Positions 17,501 through 26,387 are shown, numbered from the stretch's first letter. The stretch: DNA of 64,000 bases from a candidate division TM6 bacterium GW2011_GWE2_36_25 (GCA_000991575.1 LBRU01000001.1:8462-72461), one strand, 5' to 3'. Program-made: numbers and translations. Notes: generated by a model from the letters alone, not told the origin.

Positions 17501-19858
17501 TTTTTGACTTTCTATTTCTCGAACCGCAGCACTGGCTCTTGCCTCATTCTCATCTTTCTCTTTTTGAGCGCGGGCTAACTCTAAACGTAATTTTTCAATA
17601 CCACCTTTTAAATCAATGCGTTCAATAATTTCTCGTTCTCTTTCTTGTTGCATCTTAGTTTTTTCTTCTTTTTCTGCTTGCAATTGGGCACTTAATGATT
17701 CAAGTTGTTCTTGCAATTCTTTTTCTCTTCTTTCTTTTTCCTGCCGCGCAACTTCAATCTCTTTGCTTACTTCAACTTCTCTTGCTTGAATTTCTTCACG
17801 CACTCTTCTATTTTCTTCGCGAATTTTTTCCAGTTCTGTTTGTAATCCTTCTTGTTGATCAGTTGCTGATGCTAATAATTCTTCTTGTTCTTCACTTTTC
17901 CTCTCTGATTGTTCGCGACTGAGCTCTACTTCTCTTTCTAATCTCTGAATCTGATTCCTTAATTTTTCTTTTTCCGCTTCATCTTTTCGTGTTTGCTCTT
18001 CCAGCTCTCCTCGTACAATTTTTAACGCTCTCTCTTGTTCTTGTTCTCTTTGCGTTTTCTCCAATTGCATTTCTGTTTGTTGCGCCAACGATCGTTCAAG
18101 CTCACGAACTCTTTGTTCAGTAACTTCTCGAAGCTGCGCTTGACTTTCTTTCTCTTCACTCAATTTCTTGATTTGTTGTGATAATTGGTCAAAACTCTGT
18201 TGCAGTTTATTATAAGCACTTTCTTTTTCAGCAACTTCTCGCTCTCTTTTTTGCAACTCTTCGTTCTTTTGTTCAAGTTTCTTTCGCGCACTTTCTTCAA
18301 CCGCTGATAATTCTTTTGAAGATGTTACCTCTTTATCTCTTAACTCTTTCGAAAGCTGTTCAATTTCAGCATTCAATTCTTTAACTTGTGCAACTTGCAG
18401 CTCAAGCTGAGCCTGCATTCTGCTTTCTATTGCTCTTTGTGCTTGCTCAACCGTCATTACTCGTTCACGCTCTGCCTCTTGCCTATATTCACTTTCAGCC
18501 TGCACTCTTTCTCGTTGTATTCTCACTTTTTCTTCTTTTTCTGCTTGCAATTGGGCACTTAATGATTCAAGTTGTTCTTGCAATTCCTTTTCTCTTCTTT
18601 CTTTTTCCTTCCGCGCAACTTCAATCTCTTTGCTTACTTCAACTTCTCTTGCTTGAATTTCTTCGCGCATCCTTCTATTTTCTTCGCGAATTTTTTCCAG
18701 TTCTGTTTGTAATCTTTGTTGTTGATCAGTTGCTGATGCCAATAATTCTTCTTGCTCTTCACGTACCGTTATTAATGCCTCTTGCTGCTCAGTTGTCTCT
18801 CTTTGAGCCTGCTCACGAGTTTTTGCAAGCTCTTGTTCACGCGCTCTAATATTTTTTTCTAATCCCTGAATTTGCTCTTGCAGCGTCCCTCTTTCTGTTG
18901 TCGCTTTTCTCGATTGTTCCTCTAATTGGTTTCTCAATTGACCTTCTAATGTTGCTTGTCGTTCTCTTTCTTGCGCAACCTGCTGTTGTCCTCTTGCGCT
19001 TTCCTCGCGGACTCTTTCTAATGTTTCTTGTAATACTCGCCTTTCTTCACGAGCAGTCTCCAATTCACTCTCTCGTTCTCGCGTACTCGCTTCTATTTGT
19101 GTTTGTAATGCACTTAATTGTCCTCTTAATTGTGTCTCTAATGCACCTTGCCGTTCTCGCTCTTGTGCAACTCTTTCCTGTTCTCTCAATCTTTCATCTC
19201 GAATTCTATTCAACTCTTCTTGTAGGGTTCGCCCTTCTTCACGTGCTACCCGCAAGGCTTCTTGTTGTTCTGTTGCCTCTCTTTGAGCCTGCTCACGTGT
19301 CTTTGCAAGTTCTTGTTCAAATAATAATTGTTGACGGCGAGTTTCATCTTCTCTTCTCTGAAGCTCATCTTGCCGTTGACGTTCAGCCTCTTGTTCCGCC
19401 TCTAAGGCTTCACGAAGCTGAGATACATCAATACCCTCTTCTTCAGCAAGCTCTTCCGGCTCCTCTTCTTCCGCCTCTTCAGCTTCTTCCGCCTCTTCAG
19501 CTTCTTCCGCCAACCGAGCTTGATCTTGCGCTCTTTGAACAGCCTCTTTTTCAGCCAATATCTTATTTTTTTCAGCAAGACTCTTTTCAGCTTTAACCAA
19601 AAGCGATGTTGGATTACGCAATGTTGCTTGAAGAGCAACAGGTTTCAACGCAGCGCGACGCCATTGACTGTAATCAGTTAAATCTTTTATTTCAGCGCGC
19701 AATGTTTCAATGTTTTCAGCGTGCTTTCTTTCAACAATGAGAGGAATTTCACGACTCAATCGATCCATCTCACCTTTAGATAATGCAAGAACATTAATTA
19801 CAGAGAAAAAAATTGAAATAAATAATAAATATTTATGCCGTAAAAATTTCATGCTCAA
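14519..19858 (-). CDS. Giant secreted coiled-coil protein (1779 aa) with internal duplications
   Basis: Long uninterrupted ORF with hydrophobic leader ending INVLA, E/Q/R/K-rich heptads over about 1300 aa, and a globular C-terminus. Confidence 0.85.
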   Translation of the reverse strand: MSMKFLRHKYLLFISIFFSVINVLALSKGEMDRLSREIPLIVERKHAENIETLRAEIKDLTDYSQWRRAALKPVALQATLRNPTSLLVKAEKSLAEKNKILAEKEAVQRAQDQARLAEEAEEAEEAEEAEEEEPEELAEEEGIDVSQLREALEAEQEAERQRQDELQRREDETRRQQLLFEQELAKTREQAQREATEQQEALRVAREEGRTLQEELNRIRDERLREQERVAQERERQGALETQLRGQLSALQTQIEASTRERESELETAREERRVLQETLERVREESARGQQQVAQERERQATLEGQLRNQLEEQSRKATTERGTLQEQIQGLEKNIRAREQELAKTREQAQRETTEQQEALITVREEQEELLASATDQQQRLQTELEKIREENRRMREEIQAREVEVSKEIEVARKEKERREKELQEQLESLSAQLQAEKEEKVRIQRERVQAESEYRQEAERERVMTVEQAQRAIESRMQAQLELQVAQVKELNAEIEQLSKELRDKEVTSSKELSAVEESARKKLEQKNEELQKREREVAEKESAYNKLQQSFDQLSQQIKKLSEEKESQAQLREVTEQRVRELERSLAQQTEMQLEKTQREQEQERALKIVRGELEEQTRKDEAEKEKLRNQIQRLEREVELSREQSERKSEEQEELLASATDQQEGLQTELEKIREENRRVREEIQAREVEVSKEIEVARQEKERREKELQEQLESLSAQLQAEKEEKTKMQQEREREIIERIDLKGGIEKLRLELARAQKEKDENEARASAAVREIESQKGLLEQLQEQIREQKQGRESVEKELKAEIGRLSEVAVQVERERDQVKKNLEKYQETAERERVMAVDQAQKAVENEMQAQLEVQVARVRELNDEIERLSQQLRDNEVTSSKELSAVEESAQGKIAQKIEELQKLKREFGEKESAYNELQQSFDQLSQQMKNLSEEKESQVQLREVTEQKVRELESALQNMQQERDGARDSIGLLTIQTRDQEKRLEDMANELRKIQEERDALKTSRETLESAQVDLRTDMRGLQDQLEGKDQQLELLRNEMESAREDIKRREEAAQLVERELNLTQRTVDEIKNVSRAMEQEMTGLRQQLDVAQSELVASRAEQNRLQKEIVEQKNVQQKSSKSQALLQEMMVKEKENAQKSEEALRILEKENKTLKEQIDGFQGKMGSLLKDILGATYQEKYPDIKIRSYEDYARVLEHEIKSFNTREEKQQWLKIREELNQQISDLATENTKLRDKIERADRLERIHDRDVSQIEERNQRIAQLEKELTDIKGTSKNSIEDLTHKIASAEKQLETITLTLQERESDLGKVNDELSQINLKLEDCIKEKNEIKSEYNRLLKNFRRCSEIEKKEKEFAKELESKLESSEKERISLTDKLTSLLEQQVEAQQMEELLEEMRKEPAVKEVISPEVKEEPAEEGVKKETEVSRAIEEPQEVEPERPLERKEQLKLLLNAEIRCSAGKLFEEQLNDLLARLFDQRKLLSEWINQYFDASEGEKYDRLLSLMQIIKNINEMKSRFACEFSGSDLGKDMVVYANNYANHLVNLLRDLLSDERLASKDVYLKKLLLASPELKAPKDLYKVLRARFENYVLTDEKDVYTQRLKLGRLEIGDDLLTSREDFEVARKFICELPRDLRELINSYLKELYLLAKSGKLPKKIQLDRIDQIKDTIKSKFKPFVSHCMVFGRRMSGIKDKEAFRWQVISEQAQEVCQRLHRIEAILNKIDTLHILGNEVERGNAIILLNQIEQELSKLNTNIICPIYKS
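16960..18760. repeat. Intragenic direct duplications: A about 17660-17893 / 18527-18760 (offset 867); B about 16960-17335 / 18100-18475 (offset 1140)
   Basis: Near-identical segments EEQEELLASATDQQ...QLQAEKEEK (twice) and AERERVM...LREVTEQ.VRELE (twice), also visible at DNA level. Confidence 0.9.
19466..19511. repeat. 18-bp tandem repeat, 2.5 copies (encodes AEEAEE)
   Basis: TTCTTCCGCCTCTTCAGC repeated in tandem. Confidence 0.9.
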
Positions 19859-19976
19859 CCCCCATTAATTTCCACTTATAAATAAAATACTCTTTGTAAT
19901 ATTAAAAAATCAATAATATACCTGAAAAAGGCAAAACGCGTATCTTCTTGTGAAATTATTGAAGTGCGAAAAAATT

Positions 19977-20010
19977 AAAAAAAAGAGCGAACTAAAAAAG
20001 CTCGCCCCTC
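19977..20010 (-). terminator. Intrinsic terminator downstream of the M3 peptidase pair
   Basis: Minus strand reads GAGGGGCGAGCT-ttttt-AGTTCGCTCTTT-TTTTT. Confidence 0.7.
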
Positions 20011-20074
20011 AATCTTAGAACTTGTACGAAAATTCGAAATTCGCTTGCAATAAGCAAAGCCTAAGGGTACAAAA

Positions 20075-20107
20075 GCTCGTATGGTTCGACAAGCTCACCA
20101 CGAGCGC
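20075..20107. repeat. REP-like small palindromic element, intergenic copy
   Basis: GCTCGTATGGTTCGACAAGCTCACCACGAGCGC; stem GCTCGT/ACGAGC; similar to the uvrB insertion at 25313-25345. Confidence 0.75.
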
Positions 20108-20118
20108 AAGAATTGATT

Positions 20119-22197
20119 TTAGGATTCAAATCCAAAGTGTCTTAAGAATGCATCCTGACTTGGCTCACGCCCCAAGAATTTTCTCAGTAAAACAGCTGGT
20201 TCAACACTGCCACCTTTACTTAAAATTTCATGTGCGACTTTTTTGCCAACTTCAGAATTAAGTAAACCCTGTTTCTTGATCGTCTCAAAAAGATCCATAG
20301 AATATATTTGTGCCCATAAATAACTATAATATTTTGAAGCATATTCTGTTAAATGACCAAAACTTGCAGCACCATGATCTTTGTCATCAAAAACAATATT
20401 GGGACGAGTAAATGTCATAATTTCTTTATAAAATTCTTGAATGTCATGATCAGAATTATCAAATAATTGCAAGGAAAAGAGACTTAATCCAATCTGCCTT
20501 AAGTAACGATCACCAGCATCAAATTTATCCAACTCAATCAGTTTTTCTATGTTGTCATCAGACAAAGACTCGCCAGTTTGATAATGATGGCTTAATTTTT
20601 TGAGCACATCTTTATCATTCAACCATTCTTCAAACATCTGCGACGGCGTTTCAACAAAATCAAACTTCACACTCGTACCGGCAAAACCATGCATTTGCGT
20701 TGCACCCAATAATCCATGCATGGCATGACCAAATTCATGAAAGAAGGTACGAACATCACCAAATTTCAACAATCCCGGAAACTCTTTTGATCCCTCTGGA
20801 AAATTCGCCAAGATAGCAATAAGTGCCGGGCAAACAATCTTCTCATTAATAAGTCTTGGTGAAACAACATCAACCATGCATGCATGTGAAAACTTATTTG
20901 GACGAGGATATAAATCAAGAATCAGAAAACCACGCAATCTTCCGTTATCATAAACACGAATGCAGTTTAATTTCGAAGCCCAAAGTCCTTCGCAATTAAA
21001 TTCTTCAAAGCGTAATCCTAAAAAGTGTTCGTAAATTGATAATACGGTAGGAATAACATGTTCTACCGGAAAATATTCAGTCAATTTTTTATCATCAATA
21101 GCAAGATTTTTTTTCTTATATTCCTCTTTCAGAAAAGCTACATCCCAAGGCAACAATGTACCGTCTTCTGTTAATTCTACCGATGACGGTACATCTGTAA
21201 CCAAATTTTTAAATTCCTGAGACTCTTTATCTCGCGCCCTATTCATAACATCTTGTAATAACTCCTGAACATTTTTACTCGATTTTGCCATCGTATTATC
21301 AAGATCATAAGCAACATAATTTTCAAAGCCTAAGAGGTGCGCTAATTTTTCACGACAGTTCATTATGTTTTTCAAAACAGGAAAATTTGCCGGATATGCT
21401 CGATTTTGAAACGCTTCATACATTTTTTTGCGCGTTTGCGCATTGGTAGAAAATTTCATAATCGGAAAGACGGTTGGGTAATCCATTCCAGCTAAATAGT
21501 TGCCTTGCTCATCCTTTTTCAATGATGCGATAACTGATTCGGGAACGCCCGCAAGTTCTTCTTTGGAAAATGTAATCCTTGTATCAACATCAGCAATATT
21601 TTTGCTAAATTTTAAAGTTAATTCCGTCAATTCCGTTTGCAATTTTTTAACTTGTTCTAGTTTATCTGATGACAATAATAAACCCTCACGAACATAAGCT
21701 TTCATCGTTTCATCAAGATAATAACGTTCTTCTGCATTTAATTTTTCTTTTTTCGCATTGCCATCAAAGTAAGCTTTAAATGCTTCGAACAATTTAATAT
21801 TTTTAGAAACTTCTTCTTGCGCAAAGGGTTGCCATTCAAGAATTGCGGCATAAGACGCATTACGAACGGGCTCCTCTGGACTCACTTCCCGCAATAATCC
21901 GATAGGGCTCATCGTTTTGCTGGATAAAACGCCAATATCGTCCATCGCCTGTACGGTATTGGCAAAGATTCTTTTATCATTTGGAATAGCAATAATTTTT
22001 TGAACGGCACTTTTTACTTCAATCTTCAAATTCTGCACTCTTTGATTAATCTCTTCTGCAGTCTTTGGAAAAAGATTAATAACATCATTAAATTCTTTAA
22101 TTGCACACACATCCATATCTTTTTCAGCCTTATTTAAAAATGGAATTGAACAACTCGTTAAAAATAATGGTACCAGTACCCATGCTATTGTTTTCAC
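20119..22197 (-). CDS. M3 family oligopeptidase (thimet oligopeptidase-like), predicted lipoprotein
   Basis: FFHEFGHAMH zinc motif, DFVETPSQMFE, DLYPRPNK, FGHL..Y...YYSYLW and lipobox LTSC. Confidence 0.92.
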   Translation of the reverse strand: MKTIAWVLVPLFLTSCSIPFLNKAEKDMDVCAIKEFNDVINLFPKTAEEINQRVQNLKIEVKSAVQKIIAIPNDKRIFANTVQAMDDIGVLSSKTMSPIGLLREVSPEEPVRNASYAAILEWQPFAQEEVSKNIKLFEAFKAYFDGNAKKEKLNAEERYYLDETMKAYVREGLLLSSDKLEQVKKLQTELTELTLKFSKNIADVDTRITFSKEELAGVPESVIASLKKDEQGNYLAGMDYPTVFPIMKFSTNAQTRKKMYEAFQNRAYPANFPVLKNIMNCREKLAHLLGFENYVAYDLDNTMAKSSKNVQELLQDVMNRARDKESQEFKNLVTDVPSSVELTEDGTLLPWDVAFLKEEYKKKNLAIDDKKLTEYFPVEHVIPTVLSIYEHFLGLRFEEFNCEGLWASKLNCIRVYDNGRLRGFLILDLYPRPNKFSHACMVDVVSPRLINEKIVCPALIAILANFPEGSKEFPGLLKFGDVRTFFHEFGHAMHGLLGATQMHGFAGTSVKFDFVETPSQMFEEWLNDKDVLKKLSHHYQTGESLSDDNIEKLIELDKFDAGDRYLRQIGLSLFSLQLFDNSDHDIQEFYKEIMTFTRPNIVFDDKDHGAASFGHLTEYASKYYSYLWAQIYSMDLFETIKKQGLLNSEVGKKVAHEILSKGGSVEPAVLLRKFLGREPSQDAFLRHFGFES

Positions 22198-22210
22198 AAA
22201 ATCTCCCCAA

Positions 22211-24235
22211 TTAATTTAATCTCTGCAAAAAAGCGTCTTGTTGTGGTTTGCGCCCCAAAAAATCAACTATAATTTTCATTGGATCTAGACCAGCCCCTCT
22301 ACTTAAAATAAGTTCTTTGACTTTTTCCCCCGCCTCAGGTCTCATTAATCCGCATTTTTTTATTTGATTAAAAAGATCAACTGCCAAAACTTCTGACCAT
22401 AAATAACAATAATACTTGGACAAATAACGCTTTTCTTGACCAACATGAATCCAACCAGCCGGAAAATGATTTTGTTTATCAAATTTTAAATACGGTTGAG
22501 CTTTACTCATCTCGTGTTCAAAAATCTCTTGAATAGATTTGTTCCTATTTTTATAAAATTCTAAAGAGACAAAAGATTTGCCAATTAAATATAAAAAGTC
22601 GTTACTCGATGCAAATTTTTCTGCCTCAAGCAATTTATCAATTTTTTCATCTGACAATTTCTCGCCTGTTTTATAGTGAGAACTTATCTTTTTAATAATA
22701 TCTTTATCAGTCATCCATGTTTCAAACATCGTTGAAGGAACTTCCACAAAATCTGTTTTTACATTTTTTATAGCTGACAAACAATATATCTGCGTATTAC
22801 TCAAAAGAACATGCATTGCGTGACCAAACTCATGAAAAAAAGTTTTTACACATAAATAATTCCATAGTGCTGGCACTTTATCATTTCCACATGGAAAATT
22901 AGCCGCTAAAACCATAAAACCGGGTAAGATTTCACTTCCATGAGACTGAACCCCCACTGCACGATCAACCCACGCAAGATGAGCTCCCTTCAATGGACGT
23001 GGATATAGATCTAAGACCAGATAACCTCTTAATTTAATCCTGTCATAAACTTTTAGGCAAATAAGAGAAGGATCCCAAAGAAAAACATTCTTTTCTATCT
23101 TAAACTGTAAGCCTAAAAATTTTTCATAAAGAGAACAAACCTCTTTAATTACATAATTAGCAGGAAAATATTCTGCTATTTCGGCATCATTAACATTAAA
23201 AAATTTCCTTTGGTAACAATTAATTAAGTATGGCAAATCCCATGGTAAAAATTGGCCATCTTTAAGTAATATTTCAGCCTCAGGAACTGTTTTTAATAAT
23301 TGATCAAGATTTTTGTTCTGTTTAGGACGTATAGACTCCGCTAAAACTGTTAAAAATTTTTCAACAGTTTCAATATTTCTAACCATTTGATTATCTAAAT
23401 CATATTCAGCATAATTATTAAAACCTAGTAAAACTGCAATCTGATGACTCACATTAATAAGTTCTTCCAAGACCAGGTAATTTTCAGGATAAGCTCGATT
23501 ATTAAATGCCCTGTATATCTTTTTACGCGTTTCTCGTTTTTTTGCATTAGTCAAAATTTCTAGTACAGAGGTAAAATTCAAGGTAACCAAATAATTTTCA
23601 TTATCCCTTTTAAGATTGAGGAGAAAATTTTCAGAAAGGCCTTCTAACTCTGCCGCAGAAAAAGATAATTGTGTATCAATTTTAACTAAATTTTTATTAA
23701 AATTTGTTAATAATTCTTTTTGTTTGGATAACAAATTTTTGAAAGTTTCTTTATCTTCTTCAAATAAGAAAAGTCCATTTCTCTTTCCTTCCTGCACAAT
23801 ATAATCCAAAAAATATCTCTGTTCAGAAGAAAGATTTTCATTGAAACTTTTTTTATCTACATATGCCTTAAAGGTTCTAAAAAGATCACTGTTACTCCAA
23901 ATTTTTTCCTGTTCTAATATTTTAACAGCCCCTAAAATTTCAATCGCCTTATTACGTAATTCCTCCTGAGAGAAAAAAAGTCGGACTATATCTATTGTTT
24001 CTGCAAAAATAGTTATCTCACGAATGATATCATCAAGTTTTTGCGCAACCTTTTCAAATGAATATTCTTCTTCAGACACATTTTCTAATTCTTTTATTTC
24101 TGTAGAAATAATCTTTTTGATCTCTACAAAACGTTGTTCAATCTCAGTACCACTTTTAGGAAATAAATGATCTAAATCAATATCTCCTCGCAACAAAAAA
24201 CAGCTAAAAAAGAAAAAAATCGCCTTAATATTCAT
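22211..24235 (-). CDS. M3 family oligopeptidase paralog with signal-like leader
   Basis: FFHEFGHAMH, DFVEVPSTMFE, YYCYLWSEV and FLGRKP. Confidence 0.9.
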   Translation of the reverse strand: MNIKAIFFFFSCFLLRGDIDLDHLFPKSGTEIEQRFVEIKKIISTEIKELENVSEEEYSFEKVAQKLDDIIREITIFAETIDIVRLFFSQEELRNKAIEILGAVKILEQEKIWSNSDLFRTFKAYVDKKSFNENLSSEQRYFLDYIVQEGKRNGLFLFEEDKETFKNLLSKQKELLTNFNKNLVKIDTQLSFSAAELEGLSENFLLNLKRDNENYLVTLNFTSVLEILTNAKKRETRKKIYRAFNNRAYPENYLVLEELINVSHQIAVLLGFNNYAEYDLDNQMVRNIETVEKFLTVLAESIRPKQNKNLDQLLKTVPEAEILLKDGQFLPWDLPYLINCYQRKFFNVNDAEIAEYFPANYVIKEVCSLYEKFLGLQFKIEKNVFLWDPSLICLKVYDRIKLRGYLVLDLYPRPLKGAHLAWVDRAVGVQSHGSEILPGFMVLAANFPCGNDKVPALWNYLCVKTFFHEFGHAMHVLLSNTQIYCLSAIKNVKTDFVEVPSTMFETWMTDKDIIKKISSHYKTGEKLSDEKIDKLLEAEKFASSNDFLYLIGKSFVSLEFYKNRNKSIQEIFEHEMSKAQPYLKFDKQNHFPAGWIHVGQEKRYLSKYYCYLWSEVLAVDLFNQIKKCGLMRPEAGEKVKELILSRGAGLDPMKIIVDFLGRKPQQDAFLQRLN

Positions 24236-24293
24236 CTTTAACCCTTAAAATAAAACCTTGCTAAAAAGTTAACATTTAAGAGGAAAAAGTAAA

Positions 24294-26387
24294 TTAAGAA
24301 GATTTAAGATACTGCCACTCTTCACGCAATTTAATTGCTGTTTCAAAATCTAAACGTTCAGCCGCTTTTTGCATTTCATATTCAAGTTCAATGATGCGCT
24401 TCAATTTTTCATCTTGATTCATGCGTTTTAATTTTTCTTTCTGTTTTTTGTGCGCTGCACTGGCTTCTAAAATAGATTTTTGAATACCACTAATGCTTTT
24501 TTGCACTTCACGCTTAACCGTTTGAGGCTTAATTTTGTGTTCTTTATTATAATCAAGCTGTAATTGGCGTCTTCTATTCGTTTCATCAATCGCACTCTCC
24601 ATAGATCGCGTTATCTTATCAGCATAAAAAATAACCTTTGAATCAACATTTCGGGCAGCACGACCAATCGTTTGAATTAATGAACGTTTATCACGTAAAA
24701 AACTTTCAATATCGGCATCCATAATGGCAACAAGCGCAACTTCTGGCAGATCTAAACCTTCGCGTAATAAATTAACACCAACTAAACAATCAAAAATTCC
24801 CAGGCGCAACTTCTGTAATAATTCAGTACGTTCAGATGTTTTGATTTCACTGTGCAAATAACAGACCTTAACGCCTTTATTTTCAAGAAAATCAGCTAAT
24901 TCTTCAGCCATTCTTTTAGTTAATACCGTTATTAATGTTCGATAATTTTTGGAAGATTTTTCTTTTATTTCAGACAACAAGTGCTCAATTTGATTTTCTC
25001 GTTTATGAATCTCAATAATAGGATCGACAAGACCGGTTGGACGAATAATCTGCTCCACATGCTGTTTACTTTGTGAAAATTCGTATTCTCCAGGCGTCGC
25101 TGAAACATAAATAATGTCATTGAAATATTTTTCAATCTCTTCAAATTTTAAAGGACGATTATCAAGCGCCGATGGTAACCTAAAGCCAAAATCAATAAGC
25201 GTCTGCTTGCGTGAGCGATCGCCACTATACATCCCTCGAAATTGCGGAATTGCAATATGTGATTCATCAACAACCAAAAGAAAATCGCCACCTTTCTTTC
25301 TCTCAGAGCGCTCTCGTATGGATTCGGCAGGCTCACCACAAGCGCGCTCATCCTGCCCGTGCGGCGAAGCCTTGGCGAAGACACAAGCTTGTTGAAGGAG
25401 ATGAGCGCTGTCTCTTTCACCAAAAAAGTCAAAAAGACAAAATGGCTTTTCTCCTTTTTTCCGACCATCTAAATGAATCGAATAATTTTCAATACCATTA
25501 CAATAGCCATATTGCTCTAAAAGTTCTAAATCATAGGTAACGCGACGGGATAATCGATCTCGACACACGTCTTTTTCCATTTGAGGCAACCAGTCGCGCA
25601 GCTCTTCACGAATGCTCGTAATAGCGGCCCTCTTTTTATCTTCAGTCGTTACAAAGTGTTTTGCAGGAAAAATAATAGTATTAGTGACTTCTTCCATCAC
25701 GTTATTATTCATCCGATCAACCCATTGCATGGAATCAATTCGATCACCAAAAAGCTCTATACGTAACTTATGTTTATAATAAGGCAAATTAATCTCAACA
25801 ATGTTGCCAAAAACCTGAAATGTTCCAGGATTTCTTTCTGTATCAGACCGCTCATATTGAATAAAAATGAGCTTATAAATCAAATCTTGACGTGAAAAAA
25901 TATCGCCTACATTAAGCGGTAATGCTAATTTTTTGTAATCATCAGGATTTCCCAATGAATAAATACACGATACTGATGCAATAATAATAACATCATCGCG
26001 ATTCATTAATGAAGCTGTCGCCTCAATACGTAATCGCTCAATTTCCTGATTAGTTTTAGTCTCTTTCGGAATATACAAATCTTGCGCAGGTAAATACGAC
26101 TCCGGTTGATAAAAATCATAATAACTCACAAAATAACAGACCTTATTTTCAGGAAAAAATTGGCAAAACTCTTCATATAATTGAGCTGCCAACGTTTTAT
26201 TCGGCGAAAGAATCAATGTTGGTTTATTATGTTGTGCAATTACATTTGCTAAAGTAAATGTTTTTCCTGAACCAGTAACACCCATTAACGTAGACCTACC
26301 TGGCCTACCCTTGACTAGTTGCTTAATTGCATCAGGCTGACTTCCTGCAGGGTGATATGGAGCATGCAGTTTAAACAAAGAACCCAA
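24294..26387 (-). CDS. uvrB: Excinuclease ABC subunit B, with an in-frame insertion of about 43-45 aa
   Basis: GVTGSGKT, FVSYYDFYQPE, DESH, GFRLPSALDNRPL, NLLREGLDLPEV, QTIGRAARN and a C-terminal UVR domain. Likely TTG start at 26387 after GGAGG. Confidence 0.97.
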   Translation of the reverse strand: MGSLFKLHAPYHPAGSQPDAIKQLVKGRPGRSTLMGVTGSGKTFTLANVIAQHNKPTLILSPNKTLAAQLYEEFCQFFPENKVCYFVSYYDFYQPESYLPAQDLYIPKETKTNQEIERLRIEATASLMNRDDVIIIASVSCIYSLGNPDDYKKLALPLNVGDIFSRQDLIYKLIFIQYERSDTERNPGTFQVFGNIVEINLPYYKHKLRIELFGDRIDSMQWVDRMNNNVMEEVTNTIIFPAKHFVTTEDKKRAAITSIREELRDWLPQMEKDVCRDRLSRRVTYDLELLEQYGYCNGIENYSIHLDGRKKGEKPFCLFDFFGERDSAHLLQQACVFAKASPHGQDERACGEPAESIRERSERKKGGDFLLVVDESHIAIPQFRGMYSGDRSRKQTLIDFGFRLPSALDNRPLKFEEIEKYFNDIIYVSATPGEYEFSQSKQHVEQIIRPTGLVDPIIEIHKRENQIEHLLSEIKEKSSKNYRTLITVLTKRMAEELADFLENKGVKVCYLHSEIKTSERTELLQKLRLGIFDCLVGVNLLREGLDLPEVALVAIMDADIESFLRDKRSLIQTIGRAARNVDSKVIFYADKITRSMESAIDETNRRRQLQLDYNKEHKIKPQTVKREVQKSISGIQKSILEASAAHKKQKEKLKRMNQDEKLKRIIELEYEMQKAAERLDFETAIKLREEWQYLKSS
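25287..25421. mobile_element. Nested palindromic (REP/RPE-like) element inserted in frame in uvrB
   Basis: GC-rich stretch. GCGCTCATC (25344-25352) pairs with GATGAGCGC (25400-25408) and encloses GCGAAGCCTTGGCGAAG. Left part matches the 20075 element. Confidence 0.75.

Noticed and set aside
14630-19638. Many plus-strand and alternate-frame ORFs (up to 232 aa) over the giant coiled-coil gene
   Set aside because: Shadow ORFs caused by GAA/CAA codon bias and the internal repeats; Leu/Phe/Ser-rich with no RBS.
14519-19858. SMC/SbcC or phage tape-measure assignment
   Set aside because: No Walker A/B or hinge motifs, no phage genes nearby, and it has a signal-like leader.
25114-25540. Three overlapping alternative ORFs around the uvrB insertion; intein or intron interpretation
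   Set aside because: The ORFs are by-products of the GC-rich stop-poor insert. The insert lacks intein C/S...HN termini and is too short for a self-splicing intron.
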